Source: Macrostomum lignano (taxonomy: Eukaryota). From it: 64,000 nucleotides of DNA. The position numbers were made by a program, and so were the translations under genes. The notes below the pieces were generated by a model. That model searched no databases and had not been told where the DNA came from. It saw only the letters and a program-made list of their open reading frames with translations. Within the stretch, counting starts at the first letter, position 1. Each line of letters begins with the position of its first letter. Positions 1 through 21,133 of this stretch are shown here, in pieces. The stretch covers positions 124,001-188,000 of the forward strand of contig NIVC01001832.1 in NCBI GenBank assembly GCA_002269645.1. Reading direction: 5' to 3'.

Positions 1-625
1 CCCCGGTTCTTCAGTAGGTAACCTCTGCCCCCTACCCCGGTTCTTCAGTAGGTAAGCTCTACCCTCCACCCCGGTTCTTCAGTAGGTAACCTCTGCCCTC
101 CACCCTGGTTCTTCAGTAGGTAACCTCTGCCCCCTACCCCGGTTCTTCAGTAGGTAATCTCTACCCTCCACCCCGGTTCTTCAGTAGGTAACCTCTGCCC
201 TCCACCCCGGTTCTTCAGTAGGTAATCTCTACCCTCCACCCCGGTTCTTCAGTAGGTAACCTCTGCCCCCTACCCCGGTTCTTCAGTAGGTAATCTCTAC
301 CCTCCACCCCGGTTCTTCAGTAGGTAACCTCTGCCCCCTACCCCGGTTCTTCAGTAGGTAACCTCTACCCCCTACCCCGGTTCTTCAGTAGGTAACCTCT
401 GCCCCCTACCCTGGTTCTTCAGTAGGTAATCTCTACCCTCCACCCCGGTTCTTCAGTAGGTAACCTCTGCCCCCTACCCCGGTTCTTCAGTAGGTAACCT
501 TTGCCCCCTACCCTGGTTCTTCAGTAGGTAACCTTTGCCCCCTACCCTGGTTCTTCAGTAGGTAACCTCTGCCCCTACCCGGTTCTTCAGTAGGTAACCT
601 CTGCCCCCTACCCCGGTTCTTCAGT
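1..625. repeat. Minisatellite, about 34-bp unit CCCCGGTTCTTCAGTAGGTAACCTCTGCCCCCTA (dynamin intron)
   Basis: Direct tandem copies visible. Confidence 0.95.
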
Positions 626-667
626 GGTTGGTTAGCATCAAGCTTCTTTGATCACACAATTTGTTAC

Positions 668-9183
<8,516 letters not shown>

Positions 9184-10808
9184 CTTTAAGACTTTATCTA
9201 TGTAAGATAGCTATTTATTCACAAAGTCACACTCAGTGTAAAAAAACTCAAGACTAGGCCTAGACAGATGCCCTGAATTACTTTACATTAAAAAATAACA
9301 TAGGACAACAAAGCCATTCTTTTCAAATTTTTTACGGACGCCGCAAGAAAGGTTTTAGTCAAAGATTATCGGGGAAATTTTAGATCCTGAGGAATGAGAA
9401 TAGGAATGGATGAATTATAATTATATCGATAAAAAATATTTTTAGCTAGAATGTAAAATCGCGCCTAAAATTATTAGACTCCGGTTTAACAAATCAAAAG
9501 CAGTCTTCTATTAAAGCAAACATACTAATTTAGAAGTTGCTACTTATAGGACCTAAATATCTTATATACAAATAATTTGTTTGCATTACCTCGCGCAGTA
9601 ACTTTTATCTCTAATATTTAAAACTTTGCGTGTCTGCTCGTATCATTGTTTAGGCACTCTTACTGCAAGATTAGTGGAGTTTGCATAAGTCCTATCAAGT
9701 AAGGGGTACAGGAAAATCCATCCTCAACACAATGATATTTTCTATTATTTTTTTCATAAAAATGTTGTTTTTCGCTTTCTTCGTCTCTTAACCCCAATCG
9801 ATGCCTTCAAATTAAAGTAAAGTACATGCATGGTACGTAGATCGATGTACATCTACCTGTAAATTAGTTACCGTAACTACATTTGTGATACATTTTTATT
9901 GAAGTTCCTCTAATATACGAGTTGATCAATCTTACCAGTGAAAGATTAATTCAAAGAGCACCTAGCCAGGTCAGCACATAAAACCTCTCTGAGAGGACGC
10001 ACAGTTAATAATGGCAACCGGCCAAAAAGAAACAAAGTAAGAGCGGTAAGCCCTCACAGAAATAGAAAATCAGCAGAAAGCAGCTCATCTGGGGTCAGAG
10101 ATAATAAACTGAAATTATATTTGAGGGTTAAAGAGCCCTACTGGCCTCTCTATTATTCAAGTTACTGCAGAAGACAATCAAACGAAACGGTTCGAGAAAA
10201 TTTGGTGCGAGGTAACAAATGATTATAGTATAGCAGCCAAGCAAGCCGGTGCGGCTGACAGGCGACGTAAACCGACTCAACAGGTTTGACAAGCACGGCG
10301 TACGCGCCAGAAACTGGCGAGCTCTCAGGGGTTGAGGGTAAGCCCACCTGTACCATACACTGCAGACCATGGTTGCTTAAAACCCTTGCCGTTGCTAACT
10401 GCGCTAACAAACAACTCAACAGTGGCAGGGGAGAGAAGAAAAACACCGCTTCTTTATGAATAAACTTCAACTAAAATTCCGAGCAACATTCCTTTGCTCT
10501 CGGTAAGCTCGGTTAACCTCGGTTAAGCTCTATTAATGTGCTTAAATATTTTAAGAGCTGAGAGTTGGAATCGTATAAGTAATTGCTGCATGGTAAGATG
10601 TACATATACATTTATAAGCAGAGACTCGGCCGTAACTCCTATAGGTGATCAAGTCAGGTTCAAAAGGCCTTGAGAACCCATAGAGTTGGACCTGCAGTAA
10701 ACCATTTTACCGTGGAGCTTTGATGTGCGCGTAAGTCACCTGACGGCGCGAAAAAATCGAAAAAATCTAAAGTTTGGTTGCTATGGCAACCAAAATTATA
10801 TCGTCATA

Positions 10809-12451
10809 CATAGGCGTAGGAACGAAGGGACAGTGGGGCCATGGGGACCCCCACTTTTTAAAATGGGGGGGGCAGTAATGGTATCTGGCCCCTCCACATT
10901 TGGATGTAAAATGTAGACTTCTTGCTTATTTTGGTTTTTGCTGCTTTGCATGAATGCATTTTGCTACAGGGCGACAAAACATAGTGCCTGCAGCGCCAAA
11001 ATGAGTGCCTGCGGCGCTAAAATGAATGCCTGCGGCGCTTTATAAAATGAGTGCCTGCAGCGCCAAAATGAGTGCCTGCAGCGCTTAAATGAGTGCCTGC
11101 AGCGCCAAAATGAGTGCCTGCAGCGCTTAAATGAGTGCCTGCAGCGCTAAAATGAGTGCCTGCGGCGCTAAAATGAATGCCTGCGGCGCTTTATAAAATG
11201 AGTGCCTGCAGCGCCAAAATGAGTGCCTGCAGCGCCAAAATGAGTGCCTGCAGCGCTAAAATGAATGCCTGCGGCGGCAAAATGAGTGCCTGCAGCGCCA
11301 AAGTGAGTGCCTGCAGCGCCAAAATGAGTGCCTGCAGCGCCAAAGTGAGTGCCTGCAGCGCCAAAATGAGTGCCTGCAGCGCCAAAATGAGTGCCTGCAG
11401 CGCTAAAATGAATGCCTGCGGCGGCAAAATGAGTGCCTGCAGCGCCAAAGTGAGTGCCTGCAGCGCTAAAATGAGTGCCTGCAGCGCCAAAATGCGTACC
11501 TGCGGCGCTAAAATGAGTGGCTGCGGCGCTAAAATGAGTGCCTGCGGCGGCGCTAAAATGAGTGCCTGCGGCGCTAAAATGAGTGGCTGCGGCGCTAAAA
11601 TGAGTGCCTGCGGCGGCGCTAAAATGAGTGCCTGCGGCGCTAAAATGAGTGGCTGCGGCGCTAAAATGAGTGGCTGCGGCGCTAAAATGAGTGCCTGCAG
11701 CGCTAAAATGAGTGCCTGCGGCGGCGCTAAAATGCGTGCCTGCGGCGCTAAAATGAGTGGCTGCGGCGCTAAAATGAGTGCCTGCAGCGCTAAAATGAGT
11801 GCCTGCGGCGGCGCTAAAATGAGTGCCTGCAGCGCTAAAATGAGTGCCTGCGGCGCTTTATAAAATGAGTGCCTGCGGCGCTAAAATGCGTGCCTGCGGC
11901 GCTAAAATGAGTGGCTGCGGCGCTAAAATGCGTGCCTGCGGCGCTAAAATGCGTGCCTGCGGCGCTAAAATGAGTGGCTGCGGCGCTAAAATGCGTGCCT
12001 GCGGCGCTAAAATGCGTGCCTGCGGCGCTAAAATGAGTGGCTGCGGCGCTAAAATGCGTGCCTGCGGCGCTAAAATGCGTGCCTGCGGCGCTAAAATGAG
12101 TGGCTGCGGCGCTAAAATGAGTGCCTGCGGCGCTAAAATGAGTGGCTGCGGCGCTAAAATGCGTGCCTGCGGCGCTAAAATGAGTGGCTGCGGCGCTAAA
12201 ATGCGTGCCTGCGGCGCTAAAATGAGTGCCTGCGGCGCTAAAATGCGTGCCTGCGGCGCTAAAATGAATGCCTGCGGCGCTTTATAAAATGAGTGCTGAC
12301 AAGACGGATTCTAAAAATAATCGGTACATGATAGTGTGCATTTTCCATATATAAAAATCTAACTCGACGGGGGCGTGCGCCCTGTGTGCCCCCCCCAAAT
12401 CCGCCGCTGAGCCTTGCCCCCCACACTTTTTGAAAAGTTCCTATACCTATG
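10809..12451. mobile_element. Non-autonomous hAT-type element (1643 bp) carrying a 21-bp minisatellite
   Basis: 15-bp TIRs CATAGGCGTAGGAAC (10809-10823) / GTTCCTATACCTATG (12437-12451), 13/15 match; perfect 8-bp TSD TCGTCATA (10801-10808 / 12452-12459). Confidence 0.85.
10985..12295. repeat. Minisatellite, 21-bp unit GCCTGC(A/G)GCGC(C/T)AAAATGAGT inside the hAT element
   Basis: Direct tandem copies. Confidence 0.95.
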
Positions 12452-14229
12452 TCGTCATAGAAACAAAGTGCCTATCAGGCTTCAATAGATTTAAGAGTTT
12501 TAGATCTTTTAGCAGAAACCGTTTTCTTACAAAGTTTATAAGTAGAAAAAACGACGCTAGGTGCGCGGTGGCACAACTTATTGCACATACTACAGGCCGT
12601 TCTGTGCTGCTGCATGATCGCGGTCAGCCCCTTAGTTAACTAAGACTAAACGTAGAAGCGCCGAGCTGCAAAAGCAAACCAAGCATGCATTCATCTCTCT
12701 GCAGCAGGTTGGGACAACAATGGCCAGCTCTGGGTGTGCCTGTTTGTCTTGGGTGTGTCAGCACAATTGGGGGCTGCTGTATGCTATTCGTGTCTTTTTA
12801 AAGGCTTATTCTGCGCATAACTGGGCGTGTGTTTTCTCAGTCAGCACTTCAACCACTGTGAATTGAGCTTAGCTATAAAAAAAAGAATTGTCGAGTGTGT
12901 TTTGCATGGCATCGAACAAAAAAATGGGGCTGCTGTTATAGCAAAGGCAGAGGTCCACTGGTAGGGAGCGCGGTTAAACGTGAAAATATGTATTGCAGGT
13001 ACTGCGGCACTGCAATATGTGCCTGCATGCAACTTCCGGATCGCTAATACTTCGTATATTGAATAATCAAAAGTGTGAGAACGAAGTTCTAAAAAATAGA
13101 CGAATTTAGAGGAAAAAATCAAATAAAAAGATAGGGAACAGTAGAGATTTCACCCAAACGTTGCTTGCTTACTGCTATAGTTGCAGCTCATGTAAGAATA
13201 GCTCGATAAACTTATGATTGCACCTCGCACAAAATTAATAAGATTGTAAACAACTTTAATCAATGTAGTTGAAGTTCTGTGCAGGCAAACAATAAAATGG
13301 AATTGCCGGGAAATTCTTGCCTAGAACCGTATAGACAAAAGGAAACAATCCTGAAAGTTGCAGGCTCTATATGTTATGAGATAGGCTGGTTGTTGGAGTT
13401 GAGCAGATAATGTCTATGGTCAAGCCTGTTTCCGATACGCTGATGGGTAGGGAGTTGAGCCATAGACTAAATTTCAGGAAGTGAGACTTGTTCACTTCTG
13501 GGGAGGAATGATACCGAGTTTTGCTACCACTCTGATCTGCATGCTTACTACGTCTAGAGAATGCTGAACTTAAGCAATATACCTGACCAAATGGTCTCTG
13601 GCTAATCAACAGAAGAGCTAGAATGTGTTACTTCTGAATCAGCAATTCTGCATTGCGTGTGGATTAACTTCCAATGTCGTAAACTTCAATCGAACCATTC
13701 AAAACTGCATAGGATCTGGCATAGGTAAACAGTAGTAATTTTGAGTGACTGACAGTTCAACTGAAGTTTCAAACAGACAATTGAAATTCGATTAAAAATC
13801 ACATTTCAAGCTGATCTACCATATACAGACTATAGTGAAGAGAGAACCAAGTCTTTTTCAACGTGTGTGACTATAATATTTAGTTTAAGCAAGATGCATT
13901 CATTCACCCATCGCCTAAGTTAATATAGACACTAAAATAAAAGAACGACCAAGAAGGAAAACAATGGCAGGATCTGAAGAGTTAAACAAACCGAAGCCAT
14001 TCCTTTTCTAATAAACTAGTCTCGTACAGCAGCCACATACATGCAGCGTAAACCTGCCTAGTAGGTGGCAGGAATGCAATTGAGGCTGCCGTTTCTCTTC
14101 TGCGAGCTTGCGCAAACTCGGCGCTGCTCTCTCCCTCCCCCCCCCCCTAGTCTGTGAGCCAGCCAGTTCTAAGCTATGAGTATGCGCTCATCGGCACCCA
14201 CCCCAGGCTACCGCGTCAGCCCCCACAAT

Positions 14230-14237
14230 TATATAAA
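14230..14237 (+). promoter_or_regulatory. Candidate TATA box of the TAL gene
   Basis: TATATAAA about 85 bp upstream of ATG 14322; motif match only. Confidence 0.35.
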
Positions 14238-14321
14238 TGCGGACTACCAACAGAGACGGTGTCAATTGGTTCGTCAAGACAAGGCCCGAATAGTTAACCC
14301 CAATAGTTGCTACCCAAAAAT

Positions 14322-15083
14322 ATGGAGGCATTCAAAGAAGCCTGGCTAGCCATCGATGTCCAAGGCAGGGGCAGCATCACTTCCCGGGACTTGTCGGCTT
14401 ACATGAAAAAGCAGAACTACGATGACGCCTTTGTTAATGTAAGACTTGATTTCTGATTTGTACAACTCACTGTAAATTGACAACAATCTCCATTCCTCCC
14501 AGAAATGGATGCGACTGTTCGACCAGGACAACTCGGGCACCATCGAGGTGGAAGAGTACTGCGACGTGCTCGGTTTGAATCCGAAGCAGATGTAAGCCGG
14601 TTGATTAAGTCTCTTGCGTACTTTAATTCGATAGACGCGACAGTTAAATGAGTACTTTTTACATTACACATTCGTTTAGCCGACGTATGACGTCAGTATT
14701 TACAATGTACTCGTACTTTAGCCGCGGATCCGTGAGATTCTCAAGCAATCCCATCCTTCTCTTGTAACAGCATGTCCGAGGTTCGCTCGCGCATTGCCAC
14801 TGGCTCCATGCCCGAAGGCGTCGAGTACATTTCCGGCGATATGGATCTTAGCTGGCAGATCAAGATCGCCAACCTGACCCTCGAGGGCCTGCGCACCAAC
14901 CAGAACATGAAGGACGTGCCCAAGTGGATCAAGACCCAGGCCGACCGGCAGTTCAACCAGCTGTGGCACGTGGTTATCGTCAACGGCCAGTTCTGGTGCT
15001 ACTTCGGCCACGAGCCCGCTTACTCGTTCATCTTCCGCTACGGCAAGCAGATCTTCATTATCTTCAGGACTCCCTTCACCTAA
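14322..15083 (+). CDS. EF-hand + dynein-light-chain-like protein (tegumental allergen-like, TAL family), 172 aa; exons 14322-14438, 14503-14591, 14771-15083
   Basis: Spliced ORF MEAFKEAWLAIDVQGRGSITSRDL...|KWMRLFDQDNSGTIEVEEYCDVLG...I|MSEV...WIKTQADRQFNQLWHVVIVNGQFWCYFGHEPAYSFIFRYGKQIFIIFRTP. EF1 degenerate, EF2 canonical (DQDNSGTIEVEE), C-terminal DLC-like WHVVIV..QFW...H....F.F motif. GT-AG junctions in phase. Confidence 0.9.
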
Positions 15084-15516
15084 GTTGGGACGGCTGGCAG
15101 CCTGACAAACAGTGATTGATGCACTAATTCTCATCTGATATTGGACACACACTGTCTTCGCTGTACTCATTGTCATGTAGGAAATTATTAATCAACTAGT
15201 AGGGATTAATGCCTGTCACATTATGATTTTTGGTAGGTAGACATTATATTATGCAACCAATTTTATACGAGTACACAATCAATATGAACTAAAAATTATA
15301 TAAATATATTTGAAAGAATTGCAGCGCAACTACCATTTTTTTTTCTAAACTCTAAGCATATTTCTAAGCATATAAACTGGCTAATAAAACGTTAGAGTAA
15401 ATCATTTCTAAGCAATTTTATGTATAATATAACGAATTGCGAACGAAAATGGGCTGTAACTAGAAGCCAATTCCTACTCGACAGAAGAAAACTTGAAGAA
15501 TCTGAAATAGAAAAAA

Positions 15517-15825
15517 ATCCCACTTGAAAAAAATCTAGGGGGCCCTAGGGGCTAAACTTAGTGGCTAGCTAGGGGCTACCTAGGGGGTTGTCACTAGATT
15601 CCTTAGGGGTACCCTAGGGGCCATTAAGGGCCAGCCTCCCTGGCCTTAGAGAGTGGAATTGAGAATGAAAGAGATTGATTGAGAATGAAAGAGAATTAAA
15701 GCCTCCCTGAGGCTGGCCCTTAATGGCCCCTAGGGTACCCCTAAGGAATCTAGTGACACAACCCCCTCCTAGCTAGCCACTAAGTGTAGCCCCTAGGGGT
15801 TCCCTATGCAATTTTCAAGTGGGAT
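15517..15825. mobile_element. Foldback/MITE-like long inverted repeat
   Basis: Arms 15517-15638 and 15709-15825 are reverse complements (e.g. GTCACTAGATTCCTTAGGGGTACCCTAGGGGCCATTAAGGGCCAGCCTC perfectly matched), with a few substitutions and indels distally. Confidence 0.7.
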
Positions 15826-16721
15826 GTGTCAGAACAGACTCGCCACGGTGTCCGAGAGATTAACGACACTGCTCACAAGTTTTCTGTTGTCCTTAGGTAT
15901 TGATAGTTATAATCTCTAAAAATTCGACAATTTCTTTTTTTGAATGGCAAAAAATGCAACATTGCTACTTAAAAAGAGTAGCTAGATCGTTATAGCCGTT
16001 AATCGAATTTTTGCGAAGGACATATACTATTTAGTTACCGACCTGCTTGACTAGGAAAAAAACAAAATAACATGTAAAAAAAGGCAAGTGTCCTCTGGTG
16101 GGCAAGTTTTTATTTCAATATTCCAACATGTACACCGTTACACTCCAACCAGAAGTTTTTCTCTGCAATTTGATTTCTGCTTGGAGTAGTAGCCAGTTCG
16201 TGTACGTACAGTTTTATAAAAAAACGTAAAATTTGCAGTTTCCTCTGCAAGCAGAGTTTCAACGCTGACTTGCAAGTAGTCTAGGAGGAGTTATCGAACA
16301 TACATACAAACAACGCTTTTAGTACAGGTGTAATATGTAGCGATGAGGGATTCGTGCAAGAAAGTTTTTACGAATCGAAAAAAATCGGTAGTCAAGTGGT
16401 TGTCGATGGGGTCGGGATCCAAACGGCTGAGAACCCAACAACGCCGGACCGCCTTATTGAGACTGGCGACTAAATGCTATTTAAACTCTACCGATAGAGC
16501 ATGATGCAAGGAGAAGTATTATGCTGCTATTGTATAATACGCATGTGCTAAGCATCTACTTATAGTAGAAATATAAACATTTTGCGTTTAAAAATACACA
16601 GCGGAAACACAACAATTAGGTAAGGGTTATGTTTAAGGTGTAAGAAATAGGGTTTCCGTCTACTTTAGTACTCCTTTCTTATAGCATAGCCTATAAGTAC
16701 TCCTTTCAGTTGTCTCCCGGT

Positions 16722-17857
16722 CAGGGACAACTAAAACACTCGGGACGCGAAACGAGCCAAATCATGATGAAAAAGTTGGGGGCTCGTTTAAAAGCAGTGT
16801 TCTATGTGGCCATTCCAACTGCAACTCTCTCAAGTTTCAGGAAGTGTGAGGGAAAACAACAAGCCCTCAACTCTTGTGCAAATGTAAAAAATACCATGCC
16901 AAGTTTAAACCTTTCCTTCGTGAATATCTCACGCTGGGCGCCTTCAACGGACGAGGACAGGAGGGCGAGGTCGTAGGCGTAGCCAAGCACGCTCAGGCGC
17001 TTTTCGCCGTGGCGGCGACCGATACGTCTGCGCAGCAGGAAGCCGTCGTTAGCCGAGGGGAGTGCGAACCGAAGCACCCAGTCCAGCAGCAGTACGAAGA
17101 GGAACGGCGTCAGCGTGTCGCCCTGCAGAACTCCTGATGAAGTGTCGAACAGGTCAGACAGGCGTTTGCCGTCACCACAGCAGCTCGAGTGTTGCAAATT
17201 ACAGTACAGCGCCATGACAGCGTCGATTAGCTGCTAGGGTACCCGGTAGGCTCGAAGGACAAAGGGAAGTGCGGTTCTCAACACACACCGAGTCAAACGC
17301 CTTTGGAAAAGTCAATGAAGACAATGATCAGCGTAGACTGGCGGATGCGCGCCTCCTCAATGACACGGCGGAGTGTGAGGATCTGGGTCACTGTATCGCG
17401 TTGCGGCCAGAATCCGAATTCTGATCGTACCGCAGGTACGGGTTCAGCACCGACTGCAGACTGCAGTACGTGACGGTCCACTCGGTGGGCGCGGGGGCGC
17501 CTGCGAGCCACGCGGTTCATGACACCTGTGACCTGGGAGGCCACACACAGCGGAGCCGCAGCGCTTCGACCGGGACTTCGTCGGGACCGAGCGCCTTGCC
17601 GCCTGGATGTTTTTCGAGAGAACAGCACACCTCCGTGGTGACTGGGCTGGTGCAGAAGTCCTACTCAGCTGGGAGCGGCGTGCCCAGTGGGAGCGCAAAA
17701 ACTGGCAGGCAGCGGCGACGTGGGCGCGTTCATGATCACGACGCCGGCGAAGAAGTCGCGCAATTCATTCCTGCGTTCCTCCGGGGTGTCGCCGGCCAGG
17801 TTCAGCGTCGGCTGTTATTTAAAAATGACTAAAAACCGAGTGTTTTAGTTGTCCCTG
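16722..17857. mobile_element. Element bounded by perfect 22-bp inverted repeats, enclosing a decayed LINE RT fragment
   Basis: CAGGGACAACTAAAACACTCGG (16722-16743) and its exact reverse complement (17836-17857); no TSD recognised. Confidence 0.6.
16930..17810 (-). pseudogene. Degenerate non-LTR retrotransposon reverse-transcriptase fragment
   Basis: Minus-strand motifs GKALGPDEVPVE, GFWPQRDTVTQILTLRRVIEE...VFIDFSK, SSGVLQGDTLTPFLFVLLLDWVL, LGYAYDLALL (YADD mutated to YAYD); frameshifts and stops. Confidence 0.85.
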
Positions 17858-19109
17858 TTGACTTCATAAACAAATCGAATGGCGAGTGAGCACTGAGCAT
17901 ACGCAGTATGGCATTCAATACGGATAGCGAGTGGCAGTTATTCACTGTGGCCAATCTAGTTGAGTAGAAATAATATTTTAATATTTTATAATAATACTGT
18001 ATTTAAAGAAAATTCCCTAAAAATAAAAAGCATCATCTCGCTGGCAAGCTAAAAAGTCCGCTACTTGAAGAATATGCAGTATAACAAAGCGATTTTATAA
18101 AGCACAGACTTGTTTTTTGAAAGTAGGCTAAATATTCTTTTTTGTTTGTTTTTAACAAAAAAGTGTCTTATTTCGTTTTCTTGTTTTGTTTTAGAAAAAA
18201 ACCAATCAGCTGACTGGCTTTACTCTATTGACTTCAAATTGAGTAACTCTGATGAAATAGTGTTCAGGATCGATGAAATGAAACAGTAGACCCCGTAAGA
18301 CCCGTAGGTGCAAGCAGTTTTAATTTAGCTCAACTTACACACTTTGTCCGTTCATAATCAATTGAATTTTTAGGATGATGAGTAAAAATTCAGTTTCTTT
18401 TGTTTTCTTTAAAAGAAAGATTTCTTTTATTCTTTTACTTTTCGTAGGCCTAATCTTCAGCTTGGATACCACCGCAGTATTTTAATTAAGCGTTTATTTC
18501 ATGTTAAGATTGTAAGGCCAGTCAAGAGACTATGCGATTATTTCTTAGGCCTAGTATAATCATAAATCGGCATGCAAATTGTATGTAAGATTTTCGAGAA
18601 ACTCTTTGTGAAATTGACTTGAATTTTCTTATTTTTAAATAAATTTATTGTTTCCATGGTCCTATGGTAGGCCTACTGGCCTAAAACAGCTCCTCTTTCG
18701 AAAGAGGAATTTCTCATTTTGAGTTGATCCTAGCCAATAAGATTTGAAGGTGACACAGGACTTGCCAAAAAAAGTTATAAAATAACTAGCAAAAAGTTCA
18801 TAACTAGAATATAACCATGTATATTTGCCTTAGATTTATAAAACAAGACCTAACTAAAAAATAGACAAAATGCTTAATAGTTAGTTTAATGATTATTAAT
18901 AGGCCTATATATAATAACGAAGCCAACTCCTCCGTTGGCGGAGTGAGGGGATAGAACTCCCATCGCCAGAATTTCATTCCCCGAAACCATCAGCTGAATC
19001 CAATGACACGAATCCCACCGTCCAAATCCTCTCCAAATCCAATATTAACCTCCCAAAAACCATGTTGTTTTACCTGTGTGCAAAAATTGACTGCCTGCCA
19101 TCGTCCAGA

Positions 19110-20030
19110 CTGACTCTCACCTGTCTCCTCTCTCCTCTTTGCTCTCTCATCTCTAATCTCTCCTATCTCCTCTCTGCTCTCATCTCCTCACTTATCTATC
19201 ATTTCTCATCTCTCATCTCTACTCTCTTATCTCTCCTCTCTGCGCTCTCATATTTACTCTCTTCTTTCTCCTCACTACTTTCTCCTCTACTTTTTCCTCT
19301 CTCCTCTTTTATCTCTTCTCTCTTCTCTCTCCTCTCCTTTATCTCCTGTCTGCTCACTCATCTCTCTACTTTCTCCCCTCTCCTCTCTCCCTTATAATCT
19401 CGCTTCTCTCTCCTCTCTCTCCCCTCATCTCTACTCATTTATCTCTTCTCTCTCATCTTTTGGCTCTACTCCTTCCTGTCTCCTCTTTCTCCTCTCTTAC
19501 CCCCCTCTCCTCTCTCCTCTCAATTCCCTCATCTCTTCTCTTGCCTTTATTCTCTTTTTCTTTTCTCTAATCTGTCCCTTTTAATTCTCTCTGTTCATTT
19601 TCTCTTTCATCTAATCTTTTATCTTCTCTTTCCTATTCTCTTTTCTCTATTCCATTTCATTTAGCCATTTCATCCTCTCCATGAAACAGATACAAAATCC
19701 TTTTCGTCAAACTGCAATCCATTGTATATCATCTCCTTCAAGCTACAATCCATCAATTTAAAAAAATATTATCTCTATCAAATTTCAGTCAATCGACTAT
19801 GAAACTGAAGTTTATAAAAATATGCTTTTTACTTGTCTGGGTATACATCAAAAAATCTTCCAAATCTTCCAAATCCTCCATAAAACCTCTGAAATATCAT
19901 AGCATGTTTTCTCATCTCTCCCTTCTCTTCTCGCTTCTCTCTCTTATCTCTTCTCTCCTGTCTTCTCTCAATTCTCTCTTATCTCTCCTCTTCTCTCTCA
20001 TCTCTTATCTCTACTCGCTTATCTATCTAC
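19110..20030. repeat. CT-rich low-complexity tracts (about 19110-19650 and 19910-20030)
   Basis: Degenerate (TCTC/TCTT)n composition. Confidence 0.8.
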
Positions 20031-21133
20031 TCGGAAATCATTTTTTTCAATGCTGTGCTTTTTGTTTTTATATTTAAAGCAAATAACTTATATCCCCAAA
20101 CTCAGCATTGCAAGATCTTTCCAGCAATATAATTCTCTCCTCTCAAAGCTTAAAAATCAAGGAATAGTTAGCCTTTGAACTTCCTGATTTAAAGCATTGA
20201 AGGATCGAGTGTACATTCACTGCCTGCTACAGTAAGAGGCTCGCAAGTTTATTCATTGAATTTCACTGCCCAGCTAATACACAGGACTGCCTTTTGAAAG
20301 ATGCCGATAATAAAACCAATTGAATCTCGACACAGTCCTATCTATCTGCTTACAATGTACTTTGCTATGTACACTCAGCCCAAACCAACCCCCCCCCCCT
20401 ATTCCAGGGGAATCATTAAATTTTACTGCACCCCCAACACGCGGGGTTTTTATTAGCATTGAACCCAGAACACGCGTCACCCACCCCTCCAATACACAGC
20501 GACCTGCGGGGAAGGTTGGGGTGGTTGTTTTTACAACTATGCCACTACCCCTCCACTGGAGAGGCAAAGTGGCCAAAGAAGGTTAAGAAAACAGTTTTCT
20601 GCTTTTTTAACAGACCCAACTTTTAAATTTTAACATTAAAATAGCCTATTTGTTGCGTAGGAAAATTCTGAATTGATATATATAAGTCCCGCATTTGAGT
20701 TGGCAGCCGTCTAGGAGGAGATATGCATTAAACCCGGCTTTAGATATAAGATAAGATATATATATATATATAATAAGTATAAATTCAATAGTTTATTTAA
20801 TTTATAGATAAGGATAGTTAGGGAATTATAGTTAATTATATTTCAAAGTATTAAAACTTAAAATAATTATAAGTTACTGTTTATCTAAACAATATCAAGT
20901 TAAGTTCAAAATAATAGTTTATAAATCACCGTTTTTGTAGCCTTTAAGCAAACAATTACTATATCATTAAATGATAGAACACTGATTCATTAAACACTAT
21001 GAAAGCTATCTTTAAAAAAATATCTTAAAATCAATTTCATGGATTTTTTAAAGGTTATTAATATTTGCCTGCTTATAATGAAATGCTTTTCAATGCCCCC
21101 TACCGATTTTCAGTCCCCGCTAGCTGCATAGAA

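Noticed and set aside
10128-10470. Short minus-strand ORFs upstream of dynamin
   Set aside because: No recognisable domain; dynamin already has a complete N-terminus at 9183. It may be 5' UTR or promoter sequence but this is unsupported.
11177-12287. Cys/Ala-rich 'MSACGAK' ORFs
   Set aside because: Reading of the 21-bp minisatellite inside the hAT element.
18925-18990. tRNA/SINE-like GGGAGTTCTATCCCC...CCA on the minus strand
   Set aside because: T-stem pairing is poor and no D-arm, anticodon arm or acceptor stem could be built.
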